From a virus: a DNA stretch of 64,000 nt. Each line of letters begins with the position of its first letter. Position 1 is the stretch's first letter. The notes under the pieces are model-generated. The model was given only the letters and a program-made list of their open reading frames with translations. It was not told where the DNA came from and made no database searches. Below, one piece after another: positions 34,186 to 44,677 of this stretch. The DNA lies in IMG/VR virus record IMGVR_UViG_3300034012_002457, positions 4,542 through 68,541 of that record. The stretch is one strand, 5' to 3'. A program made the translations under genes and the position numbers.

Positions 34186-35553
34186 CTAGGAGATTAAGCT
34201 TTCGATCCATCCAATGTCATCATCTTTAGATGCAGCCAAGATTGCACCAGCCATTGCAAACGCTAAGTCGTCAATCCCCGTAGCCTTGCCGCCAGTAACT
34301 GTCCATTGTCCACTGGGCTTGTAAGTGACAGTAAGGTTTTTGATTTGCATGATGGCTTTCTCGTGGCGATATAAATTAATTTGCCCTGCATTGAACAATT
34401 CCCGCATTTTGCTGAAAGCCTTCATTTTGGAACTAACGGTCCAAGTTAGTTCCGTAATAGGCAGATCACCGGCAAGAGTTTGAATGGTGCCAGCACTATT
34501 GAACTGGTCCATCACAATTGTGTCAAAGACGTATAGGCGATGCTGCTCTTTTATCCAATCTTCCACTGCATTGATATTCACTTCCATCCTTCCATTGATT
34601 TCAAAATCAGCAGCAAAGGAATGGAATTTATCAACGACTAACGTGCCGTTTTCAAAATGAACAATACAAGCAGTGTAATCATCACGGCCAACCCCACCTC
34701 GGGCAGGGTCCAGGGCCAAGACATAAGCACCTTGGAATTGGGCTCTGGGTGGTAAAGCCGCTCGACGGTCATCAATACAGGCGTCAACAACATCACTGGA
34801 AACAAGAGCTGAAAGATTACTGGCAAATTGAGCGCCATATTCCACTTTAAATTTTTCAGGGTCGCGCTGTCTTTCTGTGTCAAGAAACTCTTGCGAAATG
34901 CGAGGGTTCATCTCCCACGTTGGGAGGTTTACGGCTTGCATGAAAGGGAAGCGGCCAGACGCTGCTTCTTTGAAATGCTGATAGAAGATGCCGTCAGTAA
35001 GCCAGGGGGAGGATAGTTCTAGGATGCGCCCATGACCGCCAAACTGAGCGATAGAAGGAGAAAGAGCGTCATAAATGCCACGTCCGCCGGAGTTAGCATC
35101 GCCTTCTGTGGCGAATGCAAGTTCATCAAAAACAGCACCGGCGCAAGCGAGACCACGAGCAGCACGCCCGGAAGTTGGTATAGCTTTAAAAACGCAGTGG
35201 TTACTAATTTCAATGATGTCGGCAGTTTCACGAACAATCTCTTGAGCGAAGGGACTTTCGATGATGAGCTGCCGGATGTTGTTTAGAGCAATGCGAGCCT
35301 GATCTTGACTGTTCGCAACAGTAACAACGTACCAGCGTTCTCCTTTTCTTACTTTACGACGATATTGTTCCTCTAGGACGAAACACATATAGATGCAGGC
35401 AATGGCTGCCATGAGCGTTTTGCCTGAGCGTCGCCCGAGAGCCCACACTGCATGCGACTTGCCGGGCTGAAAAAATTCATCGAGAATTTCAGCCTGTTTA
35501 GGAAAAAGCTCTAAATGAAGAGCGTGTTTGGCAAAGTCTGAACAGCGAAGCAT
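34186..35553 (-). CDS. terL: Terminase large subunit
   Basis: GRRSGKT Walker A, VFDE Walker B, LSSP, EYGAQF, ALDPA, DQFN, DDLAFA. Confidence 0.9.
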   Translation of the reverse strand: MLRCSDFAKHALHLELFPKQAEILDEFFQPGKSHAVWALGRRSGKTLMAAIACIYMCFVLEEQYRRKVRKGERWYVVTVANSQDQARIALNNIRQLIIESPFAQEIVRETADIIEISNHCVFKAIPTSGRAARGLACAGAVFDELAFATEGDANSGGRGIYDALSPSIAQFGGHGRILELSSPWLTDGIFYQHFKEAASGRFPFMQAVNLPTWEMNPRISQEFLDTERQRDPEKFKVEYGAQFASNLSALVSSDVVDACIDDRRAALPPRAQFQGAYVLALDPARGGVGRDDYTACIVHFENGTLVVDKFHSFAADFEINGRMEVNINAVEDWIKEQHRLYVFDTIVMDQFNSAGTIQTLAGDLPITELTWTVSSKMKAFSKMRELFNAGQINLYRHEKAIMQIKNLTVTYKPSGQWTVTGGKATGIDDLAFAMAGAILAASKDDDIGWIESLIS

Positions 35554-36050
35554 TACAACAATGATGAGAGAGGCTGCAAATAGTGCTTGGGAACGAAGAA
35601 AGCTGGACGACCTTTAACATGCTCTTTTTTCCATTGATCTTTCATGGCGTCTTCGCTTTTTATCCAGCCATGCACAAGAGTTTTTTGGTTTTCAATGGTC
35701 ACGAGAACAAATATTTTTCCAGGCTTTTCGTCTAATTGCACCACTAAATCATAGTAGTGGCGAGCACGAGTTTTAACATCAATGTTGGGAGGGAGGTCTG
35801 CGGAGCCTCGTTTGGCCGTGGTTTCCTGGTAGAGGAAGTGCTCCATGTCGAGCAGAGCGGCGACGGCCATTTCTCCTGCTGCTCCAATGAGATGGAGGCG
35901 AAGGGCTTCGCTGCCTGATGCTGGGCCGTTGTTCCGACCCTTAAGACCTAGTGCAGAATTGACGGTTTGACGGCGGTTGGCTTCGGCGTAGACAGCCTTT
36001 CGCTGCTCGTCGCTGAAGGCAAATTGCAGAGGGCTAGCCATACTGGCCAT
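35553..36050 (-). CDS. PD-(D/E)XK-like hypothetical protein
   Basis: GAAGEMAVA...D....IDVKT. Confidence 0.6.
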   Translation of the reverse strand: MASMASPLQFAFSDEQRKAVYAEANRRQTVNSALGLKGRNNGPASGSEALRLHLIGAAGEMAVAALLDMEHFLYQETTAKRGSADLPPNIDVKTRARHYYDLVVQLDEKPGKIFVLVTIENQKTLVHGWIKSEDAMKDQWKKEHVKGRPAFFVPKHYLQPLSSLL

Positions 36051-36097
36051 AGCAACCAGGCCAATGTAGCCAGCTTTTAGAATGAAAGCAATACATA

Positions 36098-38194
36098 ATG
36101 GCCTTAAGAAAATCAATGGATAACGAAATGGTTGATTTGGGGCATGCTTCCGAGGGCGGATTGCGTGCTGACGGCCTGCAAAACGTGCTCATTGGCATGG
36201 GCACCAGCCGGGACAAGGGCCAGTACACCAAGACCACGGCTACAATTTTTCTAACGCAAGAAGAACTAGAGAATTTGTATGGTGAATGGCTGCCTCGTCG
36301 CATTGTTGACATTTATGCTGACCAAGCCACTCGGAAAGGCTTCAAAGTATTGTTTGGCGGAGATGGCGTTAGAGCCGAAGAGGTGCAAGGTATTGAGCAG
36401 GTAATTGAAGATTTATATATTCTGGAATATTTAAATTTGGCGGCAAAGAATTCTCGCCTTTATGGCGGGGCCTGTTTGCTGCTGTTTATTGATGATGGTC
36501 GTCCGGCCTATATGCCAGTGGACAAACGTAATATTCGCCGCATTGAAGAAATCGAATGTTTAGACCGTTGGCAAATTGCACCAGTCATCACTGAAGAAAA
36601 TCTATATGACTATTCAAAGGCAACGTACTATCAAATTATTTCCGGCGATTTAATTAATGAGCCCACTTTGTCCTACATCCATAGAGATAGGATTTTGCGC
36701 TTTGATGGAGATTGGCTGCCCTATCGCATTAGGCAACGCAATTACGGCTGGGGCATGAGCAGCCTTCAAACTGTTTATGACAGCTTCCGGCATTATTGGA
36801 CTGGCTTGAATTCAGCGGCTACGTTGCTCACTGAGTTTGACATTTTTGTGCATAAAGTGAAGGGACTTGCGGCAATGCTGGCAGCCGGAAAGGAAGGTGC
36901 TGTCAGGGATAGGCTGCAAGTGAATGATATGAGCAAGAGCATCTATCGCGGTTATGCGATTGATGCAGAGAAAGAAGAGCTTGAATTTATTAGCCGCAAT
37001 TTTGGCGGCATTGGGGAAGTGTTGGAGAAGCTGCGCGTGGACATTATTGGCGCCAGCAAAATTCCTCATACCGTGCTGTTTGGCGAAAGCCCGAGCGGAC
37101 TGGGTTCGACTGGCCGCAGTGAAGAGCGTGATTTCGCCAAAACGCTTGCTGACTATCAAAGCGTCCATTTCAAACGGCCTATTAAGAAGCTGATGGAATA
37201 TATCATGCTGAGCAAAGAGGGGCCAACGAATGGAAAGCTGCCCGAATCTTGGCGCATCTCCTTCAATCCATTGTTTGAACTCAATGAGCGAGAAATGGCC
37301 GACGTGCGGGCGCGTGTGGCGGCTGTGGATGGCCGCTACATCCAGCTTGGCGTGCTGAGTCCGAAGGAAGTGGCGGACGCCCGTTACGGCGGTTCTGAGT
37401 GGAGCATGGAGCTAACGCTCGACCCAACTGTCATTCGCGAACTTCCTGCTCAAGGTGGGGGTGGTTCCACTCAAGGACGGAGTGGTTTCGCTGTGCCGCC
37501 TGGCGGTCGCGATCCGATGGACGAAGAGAATGGCACGTTACCGATGGATGGCAGCCGGGAAGTGGAAGATTCGGCTGGCTTGTTCCTGCCTCGCGATCTT
37601 GAGAAAGTGCGTGGGGATGTGGAATTTACTGACAAGGAGCTGCATTCTCGCGCTGTTAGCGCAGCCAAGGCGAAGTTTAAGGTGTGGCCCTCGGCTTACG
37701 CAAGCGGCTATGTGGTGCAGCAATATAAGCAAATGTTTAAGAAAAAGCACGGCTCATTAAGCGGCGCTTTCAAAGGAGACGAAGGCGAAATTCATGCCGA
37801 TGATCTTGAGCAATGGTTCAAAGAAGAGTGGGTGAGGATTGGCGCCAATGGCGAAATCATGGGGCCATGCGGCGGACGTGGCGAAAAGGAGGGCAAGCCA
37901 AAGTGTTTACCTAAGGCCAAGGCTCAGGCTATGAGCGAAGAAGAGCGGCAAACGATTGTTGCCCGTAAGCGCAAGGCCGATCCCGATCCAGAGCGCCGTG
38001 GCCCGGCAAAGATGGTCAGCAGCAAAGTGGATGCTATTGACCCATTAAAAACCAGCGGCCTAGTGCTGGGAGATGTGGACGAGGCTTCGTTGATTTCGGA
38101 AGAAGATATTGACGCCGCATTGAATCAATGGAAACAAGAAGCGCCGGAACGGTTTAAGGACATTCTGGAGGCCGAGGATGTCCAACCCTCTTAA
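36098..38194 (+). CDS. Portal protein (DUF1073/HI1409 type) with C-terminal DUF5872-like extension
   Basis: RIVD..A..ATRKG, RLYGG, IHRDR, IPHTVLFGESP.GL.STG; PSAYASG and WFKEEWV..CG...KCLP modules. Confidence 0.85.
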   Translation: MALRKSMDNEMVDLGHASEGGLRADGLQNVLIGMGTSRDKGQYTKTTATIFLTQEELENLYGEWLPRRIVDIYADQATRKGFKVLFGGDGVRAEEVQGIEQVIEDLYILEYLNLAAKNSRLYGGACLLLFIDDGRPAYMPVDKRNIRRIEEIECLDRWQIAPVITEENLYDYSKATYYQIISGDLINEPTLSYIHRDRILRFDGDWLPYRIRQRNYGWGMSSLQTVYDSFRHYWTGLNSAATLLTEFDIFVHKVKGLAAMLAAGKEGAVRDRLQVNDMSKSIYRGYAIDAEKEELEFISRNFGGIGEVLEKLRVDIIGASKIPHTVLFGESPSGLGSTGRSEERDFAKTLADYQSVHFKRPIKKLMEYIMLSKEGPTNGKLPESWRISFNPLFELNEREMADVRARVAAVDGRYIQLGVLSPKEVADARYGGSEWSMELTLDPTVIRELPAQGGGGSTQGRSGFAVPPGGRDPMDEENGTLPMDGSREVEDSAGLFLPRDLEKVRGDVEFTDKELHSRAVSAAKAKFKVWPSAYASGYVVQQYKQMFKKKHGSLSGAFKGDEGEIHADDLEQWFKEEWVRIGANGEIMGPCGGRGEKEGKPKCLPKAKAQAMSEEERQTIVARKRKADPDPERRGPAKMVSSKVDAIDPLKTSGLVLGDVDEASLISEEDIDAALNQWKQEAPERFKDILEAEDVQPS

Positions 38195-38858
38195 TCCGCT
38201 TTCGGAATTCTCCGCTTCCATTGTTCGCTTTGATGCCGAATGGAACTACGACCCAATTAGCGGGCGTTATCGCGGAGCAAATGGACGTTTTCTTTCTCAA
38301 GCCGCTGTGGAGGCATTAGTCGATGGTCGCATTTCTAATCTTGGTCGGCTCCTACGCCGTTATACAAATATGCTTGATCGTGGCGATATCACGCTGGATC
38401 AGTGGCAACAAAGCGTCAGGGAAGCGTTGAAGCTGGCCCACGTACAGGCTGCAATGATTGGCAGTGGGGGTCGCAATAGCATGACACCAGTTGAATGGGG
38501 CCGCATCGGCCAGAGGCTTCGTGCTGAATACCGTTATTTGGAGGTTTTTGCTCGCGATCTTTTGGCTGGGAGCGTATCTACTCCCATGGCTCTTGCTCGT
38601 ATTGGGATGTATGCTGAAAGTGCGCGAGGTGCTTACTGGGAAGGCACATCCATGCGCCAGGAACGGCAAGGATATAGCCTGATGCGGCGCATCCTTGACA
38701 GCCAGGCCAAGCATTGCCAAGACTGCCTGGACTATGCAGCGCGAGGCGTTGTGCCAATTGGCAGTCTGCCCCTACCCGGACAGCGCTGTGCGTGCCGTTC
38801 CAATTGCAAATGTAAGGTAAAGTATCTGCGTCAGCAAGCGCCTGTCGTGGCGGTTTAG
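38178..38858 (+). CDS. Minor head/head morphogenesis protein
   Basis: After the portal; C-terminal HCQDC...PG..C.C.SNCKC (Mu gpF-like). Confidence 0.7.
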   Translation: MSNPLNPLSEFSASIVRFDAEWNYDPISGRYRGANGRFLSQAAVEALVDGRISNLGRLLRRYTNMLDRGDITLDQWQQSVREALKLAHVQAAMIGSGGRNSMTPVEWGRIGQRLRAEYRYLEVFARDLLAGSVSTPMALARIGMYAESARGAYWEGTSMRQERQGYSLMRRILDSQAKHCQDCLDYAARGVVPIGSLPLPGQRCACRSNCKCKVKYLRQQAPVVAV

Positions 38859-38860
38859 TC

Positions 38861-39556
38861 ATGGATGTGTTGATTGGAAGCACCGGCCTGATTGGCGGCA
38901 TTCTCCAGGAACATCAGCAGTTCAACCATTCGTACAATTCCAGCAATTTGTATCGCGCTTCATTACTAAATGGCACGATTGATAAGTTGTATCTAGCGTG
39001 TCTTCCGGCGGAGAAATGGAAGGCCAATCAAGATCCGGCAAAAGATTTCTTCAACATGCAAGAAATTGCAGCCACTATTCGCCCCTGGGAAACAAAGGAA
39101 ATTATCCTCTATTCCACCATTGACATTTATAAACATTCTTTTGGCAGTTTGGACTATGGGCGCGTGAGGCGCATCTTTGAACTGCTTGTGAAATCAATGT
39201 TTCCAAATGGCGTGGTAAAAATTATTCGTCTTCCTGGATTGTTTCACAAGCGCATTAAAAAGAACGTTTTGTTTGATTTGCTAAATAATAATAATGTTGA
39301 TCAAATTAACGGAAATTCTGCTTATCAATGGTACGACTTAAACGATCTATGGGAAGACACTTTAGAGATTAAGGAAGCTGGAATTTACGATTTATTTTCT
39401 GAGCCCATTGAAACGCAGGAAATTCTTGATCGTTTCTTTCCTGAAGCCAAAGTGAGCTATGGCTCCCGTATTGACTATCATTGCGGGAGTTATAAGTACG
39501 GCAAAGAAGAAATGCTTGCAAAAATGGAGGCGTTTATCAATGCTTATCGGAATTAG
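38861..39556 (+). CDS. NAD-dependent epimerase/dehydratase-like protein
   Basis: LIGSTGLIGG Rossmann motif, STIDIY, YG..R, IRLPGLF. Confidence 0.8.
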   Translation: MDVLIGSTGLIGGILQEHQQFNHSYNSSNLYRASLLNGTIDKLYLACLPAEKWKANQDPAKDFFNMQEIAATIRPWETKEIILYSTIDIYKHSFGSLDYGRVRRIFELLVKSMFPNGVVKIIRLPGLFHKRIKKNVLFDLLNNNNVDQINGNSAYQWYDLNDLWEDTLEIKEAGIYDLFSEPIETQEILDRFFPEAKVSYGSRIDYHCGSYKYGKEEMLAKMEAFINAYRN

Positions 39557-40283
39557 TGCGATTGGCTGGGAGCCAGAACAGGAGGAGCAAATCTTAAGCG
39601 CCAATGCCGGGGCGTTTAATCTGCTGGAGATTGTTCCTCATCGAGTGTTTCAGCAACGCCTTGATTATGCAGACTTAGCAAAGAAATATAGGGAAGAATA
39701 TGGTCTTTGGGCATATTCTGCTCAAGCTTTGTTTTTCGGCAGCAATGTAGAAAGTTTTGAAAATACCGAGGCCACTCAAGAGCATTTATTGCGCGTTATT
39801 AGGCTAGGTTCTTTTATGGGAATTAAGCGCTTTGTTCTTGGCAGTCCCGGTCTCCGGCGTGGAAGTCCTGCCTGTTTAATGAACGTGCTTCGCCGCATGG
39901 ACAAGATTCTGGAAGCCAATGATGCCATTCTGTGCATTGAACCAGTGGCACGGGCATTTGGCGGAAAATATTTTCACACTGTTGGTGAAATTGTCAATTT
40001 AATTGATTATTACAATTTGAAAAATGTCAAGACCATGCTCGATACAAACAACGCATGGCTAGAGGGCGATAGCCCTAAAAAGATATTGGGACATTATCTT
40101 CCTTACATTGCTCACGTGCATATCAGCGACACTGATAATGGACCACTATTAAATAAATATGAGCACGAGCAAATTAGAGAAATGCTGGGCATGCATGGTT
40201 ACCAGCTTGGCATTATTCGCGAACTTTTTAAGGCTAAAAATTATCTTCGTGAATATCCACTGTTCAGGCAAATCTATGCCTGA
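39540..40283 (+). CDS. Sugar-phosphate isomerase/epimerase (TIM barrel)
   Basis: VLGSP..R, CIEP, MLDT.N, HVHISD. Confidence 0.8.
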   Translation: MLIGISAIGWEPEQEEQILSANAGAFNLLEIVPHRVFQQRLDYADLAKKYREEYGLWAYSAQALFFGSNVESFENTEATQEHLLRVIRLGSFMGIKRFVLGSPGLRRGSPACLMNVLRRMDKILEANDAILCIEPVARAFGGKYFHTVGEIVNLIDYYNLKNVKTMLDTNNAWLEGDSPKKILGHYLPYIAHVHISDTDNGPLLNKYEHEQIREMLGMHGYQLGIIRELFKAKNYLREYPLFRQIYA

Positions 40284-41248
40284 TTGATAATGGTTTGAAT
40301 GTGGTTTTTAATGGCATAGACACCTTGAATTTTGCCAGTAAAAATAGAAACAAAGTTATCACGCTGGCGATAAACAGGCATACGATTGGCACTTCTGTCT
40401 TTAATCTTGGCCTTGGTAGAGCACACTGGCGCCACGGGTCTTAGATATAAATTAAAGTCCGGCCAATATTGCCTTGCATGATCCTCCATTTTTAAGCGAT
40501 GGAGATTGTAGTCGTGATCGTCGTAATTGTCAACAGGACGAGCGCTTTGCGACAAAATCCCATGCTTTACGTGGCTCAAAGACATAAGCCCTTCGCCATA
40601 GGGATAGAGGGAGAATAATTCTCCGTCAATGTAAGTAAGTGCGCCAAAGGGAAGAGGCCGTTCAATGGTATAGAGCATCATCATGACGCGCTCAAAAAAG
40701 CAATTCTCTTCTGGCTTCAAAAGAAAGTTGTTAGTGCAATCAAGCACTAAATCATAGTCTTGTTGTAAAAGGGGAAGTTCATTGGCAACTATTTCTTCAT
40801 GCACAACAAATGGCGAGAGAAGGGCTTGAAAATATTCTCCTGCCAATGCAGGGTTGATAAATTTTTCTGACGTGGCAATGGCACAGGAAGTGTTGTCTAG
40901 CCACGGGGCGTAAACCACGCGATGCGGCCATTCATCAAAAATTGTCAAAATTGTTGTGTCGTCCAACAAGCTTTCGTCTTGCGAAACAGCGTACAAATTG
41001 TCCGTAATGTCTTCAATAAGATGACCGTAGTCTTTTAAGAACGCATGGAAAGTAGTGCGGCACAATTGGCGCGTCCTTCCATTTCGTGCATAGTGATAGC
41101 CATAGTGCAAGCGATTCTGATTGATCAGCGATGCCTCGCTAATCAAATGATCATTGCGCTCGTAAATCGTAATGTTGTGTTCTTTGCTGAACTCTTTGGC
41201 TAGATGACAGCCCACCCAGCCGCCTCCGATGATGGCAATATTTTTCAT
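40274..41248 (-). CDS. FAD-dependent oxidoreductase
   Basis: IIGGGWVG, AS..NQNRLHYGYHYAR, TGKI. Confidence 0.85.
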   Translation of the reverse strand: MKNIAIIGGGWVGCHLAKEFSKEHNITIYERNDHLISEASLINQNRLHYGYHYARNGRTRQLCRTTFHAFLKDYGHLIEDITDNLYAVSQDESLLDDTTILTIFDEWPHRVVYAPWLDNTSCAIATSEKFINPALAGEYFQALLSPFVVHEEIVANELPLLQQDYDLVLDCTNNFLLKPEENCFFERVMMMLYTIERPLPFGALTYIDGELFSLYPYGEGLMSLSHVKHGILSQSARPVDNYDDHDYNLHRLKMEDHARQYWPDFNLYLRPVAPVCSTKAKIKDRSANRMPVYRQRDNFVSIFTGKIQGVYAIKNHIQTIINQA

Positions 41249-41946
41249 CAGATGTCAAGACAGAGGACTGGCTGCACGCCTTGCCAATTGCTTTTGGCTT
41301 TATAGAGGTCTAACTGGGGGAAATATTCAATGCGACGGGCAAAACCAGTGCCATATGCGTCTGAATGGCCTTGGTAGTTCCATTCGTCGGGACCATGGCG
41401 ATCAGGATGATAAACGTGAGTGGGTGCGTCGTTTAATTTCCAGAGCATGTAGTCCTCGTTTGGCACGCCCCATTGCTTCCACCTTTGCAGAGCCTCAGGC
41501 GAGCAGTCCGTGTTTCGGATGGCCATCAAGCGGTCCTTGTGGCGCAGGAGGTAGTCCATGCGATACAGGCCAATGCTCATTGATGGCGTGCCCTTGAGGG
41601 CCACTTTTTCTGGACTGTCTACTGGCAACGACAATGCAAGTTCGTAAAACAAGGGACCAGCGATGCAGGTGTCGTGCAGAAGGAACCAATAGTCGCTGTG
41701 GATGTTGTTATCGACAATTTCAATGAGAGGAGTGTATTCAAAAGAGTTTTGCGGCGTCAAAAGCATTGGCACACCTTCGTAGTCCGCAATAGTTAGCGAG
41801 TCCTCCCATCCACCATTGACAATCAAAATACGTTCTTTGGTAATGCCGTTTTTGAGCAGGGAGGGCACGATCACCTGCAGTGTATGCGTTGCAAATTTCC
41901 GGCAAGTGCTAATGCAGAAGCGCATTGAAGCTGGTGATAGTCGCAT
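41248..41946 (-). CDS. GT-A-fold glycosyltransferase-like protein
   Basis: NSFEY...WFLLHDTC.AGP.F; within the glycosylation cluster. Confidence 0.6.
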   Translation of the reverse strand: MRLSPASMRFCISTCRKFATHTLQVIVPSLLKNGITKERILIVNGGWEDSLTIADYEGVPMLLTPQNSFEYTPLIEIVDNNIHSDYWFLLHDTCIAGPLFYELALSLPVDSPEKVALKGTPSMSIGLYRMDYLLRHKDRLMAIRNTDCSPEALQRWKQWGVPNEDYMLWKLNDAPTHVYHPDRHGPDEWNYQGHSDAYGTGFARRIEYFPQLDLYKAKSNWQGVQPVLCLDI

Positions 41947-42008
41947 GGTTCGTCTCCTGCGCCCATAGTATAAACGCGGCTTATGATGGCGAAGATTCTT
42001 GTTTTGTC

Positions 42009-43226
42009 ATGGCAAAAATTCTGTATTGCGGCGATGCTTTTGTGGAAACTGGCTTTGGCCGTGTGGCGGAAAACCTGCTTCCAGCCTTAGCTGAGCATCA
42101 CGAAGTGAGCGTGTTGGCCGTTAATTACCATGGGGATCCAGACAAAGAAGCGCGTAAATATGACACTTATCCGGCCATGCTGCATGGCTCCGACCCATTC
42201 GGCTCCCATCGCATTGGGGAATTGGTACAAAAGATTAAGCCGGATTTGGTATGGGTGACCAATGACATTTGGATAGGTATCAGCTTGTGGAAAGCGATTA
42301 AGGATTTCAAGAAAAGTATTGGCTTTAAGTTTTTTGTGTACACGCCAATTGACAGTTACGGTTTATTCCCTGAATTGTTGGAACCTATCAATGAATGGGA
42401 CGGCGTAGCCACTTATACAGAATTTGGCGCGGAAGAGCTTCGCAAGATTAATTATGAAAAACCGATTGGCATTATGGGGCATGGTACGGACTTTGCAAAA
42501 TTCTTCTCAATGGATAAAAGGGAATGCCGTGAAAAGCTTGGCGTGCCGCAAGATGTTTTTATTGTTTTTAATGGCAATCGCAATCAGCCGCGTAAACGCA
42601 TTGATTTAACTATCAAGGGTTTCATTAAATTTGCAAAAGACAAACCAGATGCAAGATTATGGTTAAACATGGGACGTAAAGACATGGGATGGGATTTGAT
42701 TCCATTGTTCAAGCGCGTAGCGAGAGATGAAGGTTACGATCCAACTGGAAAACTTATCCTGACAAGTCCAAGCTTTTCAACAGACAATTGCCTTACTGTT
42801 GAACAATTAAATATGGTTTACAACTCCTCCGACATTGGCATCAACACTTGCATTGGGGAAGGTTGGGGCCTAGTCAACACTGAACATGCAGCCACTGGCG
42901 TGGCTCAGTTGGTGCCGGATCATACAAGTTGCAAGGAGATCTTTAGTGGCGTGCCGCGCATTGCCATTGAAAGCTGGGAGGTGGACAGGAATTATGGCCT
43001 TGACCGTGGCCAGCCATCGCCAGATCATTTAGCCGAACTGCTCACGATGTACTATGAAAACCGAGGGCAATTAAAGGATGATGGTAAATGGTGCAAGCAG
43101 CGCATTGAAGAATTCACCTGGCCTGATATTACTCAACAGATGTTGGATCAAGTGGAAACAATCTTGGCTATGGAGCCAGAAGAGCCTGAATTCAAGGGCT
43201 TTGGTACTCCCGCAAAAATTGATTAA
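42009..43226 (+). CDS. GT4 family glycosyltransferase
   Basis: TGFGRV, NRNQPRKR.D, GEGWGL...EHAA.G. Confidence 0.88.
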   Translation: MAKILYCGDAFVETGFGRVAENLLPALAEHHEVSVLAVNYHGDPDKEARKYDTYPAMLHGSDPFGSHRIGELVQKIKPDLVWVTNDIWIGISLWKAIKDFKKSIGFKFFVYTPIDSYGLFPELLEPINEWDGVATYTEFGAEELRKINYEKPIGIMGHGTDFAKFFSMDKRECREKLGVPQDVFIVFNGNRNQPRKRIDLTIKGFIKFAKDKPDARLWLNMGRKDMGWDLIPLFKRVARDEGYDPTGKLILTSPSFSTDNCLTVEQLNMVYNSSDIGINTCIGEGWGLVNTEHAATGVAQLVPDHTSCKEIFSGVPRIAIESWEVDRNYGLDRGQPSPDHLAELLTMYYENRGQLKDDGKWCKQRIEEFTWPDITQQMLDQVETILAMEPEEPEFKGFGTPAKID

Positions 43227-43948
43227 TGGCCATGCAGATTTCTCAAATTTTTCTAACCACTGATCCAGAAGAAAAACTTTCCCCTTTTCTTCAATATGCC
43301 ACTAGCACCATTGATACAGTATTTCCTAAAGCCAACCATGTAATTTACAACAATGAGCAACTCCGTGATTTCATTGCTTCTGTTTATGGTGGGCACGTTT
43401 TATGGGCTTACGATTCGCTACGTCCTTTTTCGTATAAAGCTGATCTTGGGCGCTTCTGTCTCCTCAATTATTTTGGCGGCTGGTATTTCGACATTGCTAT
43501 TCGCGCTGTTAATGCTGTGGACGTGGGAGATCGCATTAAATTTTTAGCCTTCCGCGACATCCAGCGATTTAGCTACACCAGTTGGGCTTGTGCCACAACT
43601 GTTTTGTATTCTCAGCCCAACAACGAGGCATTACAAGCTGCCATTGAAATGATTGTGGCCAATTGCGTGGAACAATACTATGGCATCACGCCGTTGTGCC
43701 CCACTGGCCCCACACTTCTTGGCAAAGCTTTGGCATGCAACGGAAGCCAGGCAGATTTTGTTTATGGCGATTATTTAGAGCTAACGCCTACGCACGAGCA
43801 GAAGAACAGGGCGTTTGTGCTTCCCGATGGCACTATTATGGCGTGGAGCAAGCCAGCCGGAGGTGGTGACCTCACTGGACTGGGCGCTAAGAGCGTCAAC
43901 AATTACAACGAACTATGGGCCGCGAGGCAAGTGTATGAAACCATCTGA
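43226..43948 (+). CDS. GT32 (OCH1-like) glycosyltransferase
   Basis: YKADLGRF..L..FGGWYFD, PTGP..LG. Confidence 0.82.
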   Translation: MAMQISQIFLTTDPEEKLSPFLQYATSTIDTVFPKANHVIYNNEQLRDFIASVYGGHVLWAYDSLRPFSYKADLGRFCLLNYFGGWYFDIAIRAVNAVDVGDRIKFLAFRDIQRFSYTSWACATTVLYSQPNNEALQAAIEMIVANCVEQYYGITPLCPTGPTLLGKALACNGSQADFVYGDYLELTPTHEQKNRAFVLPDGTIMAWSKPAGGGDLTGLGAKSVNNYNELWAARQVYETI

Positions 43949-44651
43949 TTGCACAATTTACGCAGTATGCATTCAAAACGAAAAAGTTCGCTACGAAGCA
44001 CAATCAAGAATTGTCCCAATTCTGGGCGGCGCCTGGAATACTGTTGATGCAGAGCGCAGGGCTTTACGAGAACAAGGCTATGTGTTTGATGACGAAGGAG
44101 CTTTTCTTTCTTCTTTAAATAGGCGATGGGGAGAACTGTCTTGTGTGCATTGGATGCTGCTGAATGCTGAAGAAGCAAATATTGGCAATGCTCAATATCG
44201 CCGGAATTGGATAGAACCTAAGTCTGGATGGTATGCAGAGGATGTACTTTACGTGCCAGAGCCGGCTGTGTTTAGTTGCACTTTGGAGCAGCAGTTTTAT
44301 GGTGGCCATTCCGCTTTTGATGCTCCCGCTATCACTCGCGAACTCGCTGATACTGGCGCCTGGGCATTCACGCGAGAAGAAATTGACAAATTATGGGCGC
44401 AAAATTTATTTATTGGCTGCAATATGGCTCGCGGTCCGAAGCAGTATTACAAACAATTTATGACCACTTTATTTGTTTGTTTATTGCCCATTTGGGAAAA
44501 ACATAAAGAACATTTTCTTTCCATTGAAGACTATGACAAACGGGCTCTGGCCTTTATTGCCGAACGCCTATTGACTGGCTTGGTTTTGTATCGTGACAAA
44601 TTCTTTCCTGGCATAACCATTGAAACAGCGCCGATAGGATTTATTCATTGA
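43935..44651 (+). CDS. DUF4422-like glycosyltransferase
   Basis: N..WGEL...W, IG.AQYRR, CNM, R..AFIAERL. Confidence 0.75.
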   Translation: MKPSDCTIYAVCIQNEKVRYEAQSRIVPILGGAWNTVDAERRALREQGYVFDDEGAFLSSLNRRWGELSCVHWMLLNAEEANIGNAQYRRNWIEPKSGWYAEDVLYVPEPAVFSCTLEQQFYGGHSAFDAPAITRELADTGAWAFTREEIDKLWAQNLFIGCNMARGPKQYYKQFMTTLFVCLLPIWEKHKEHFLSIEDYDKRALAFIAERLLTGLVLYRDKFFPGITIETAPIGFIH

Positions 44652-44677
44652 GTATGCTTAAAGAAAGCATTACGACC

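Noticed and set aside
36098-38194. Anti-CBASS Acb1 (a label sometimes attached to DUF1073 proteins)
   Set aside because: Size, motifs and position indicate a portal protein
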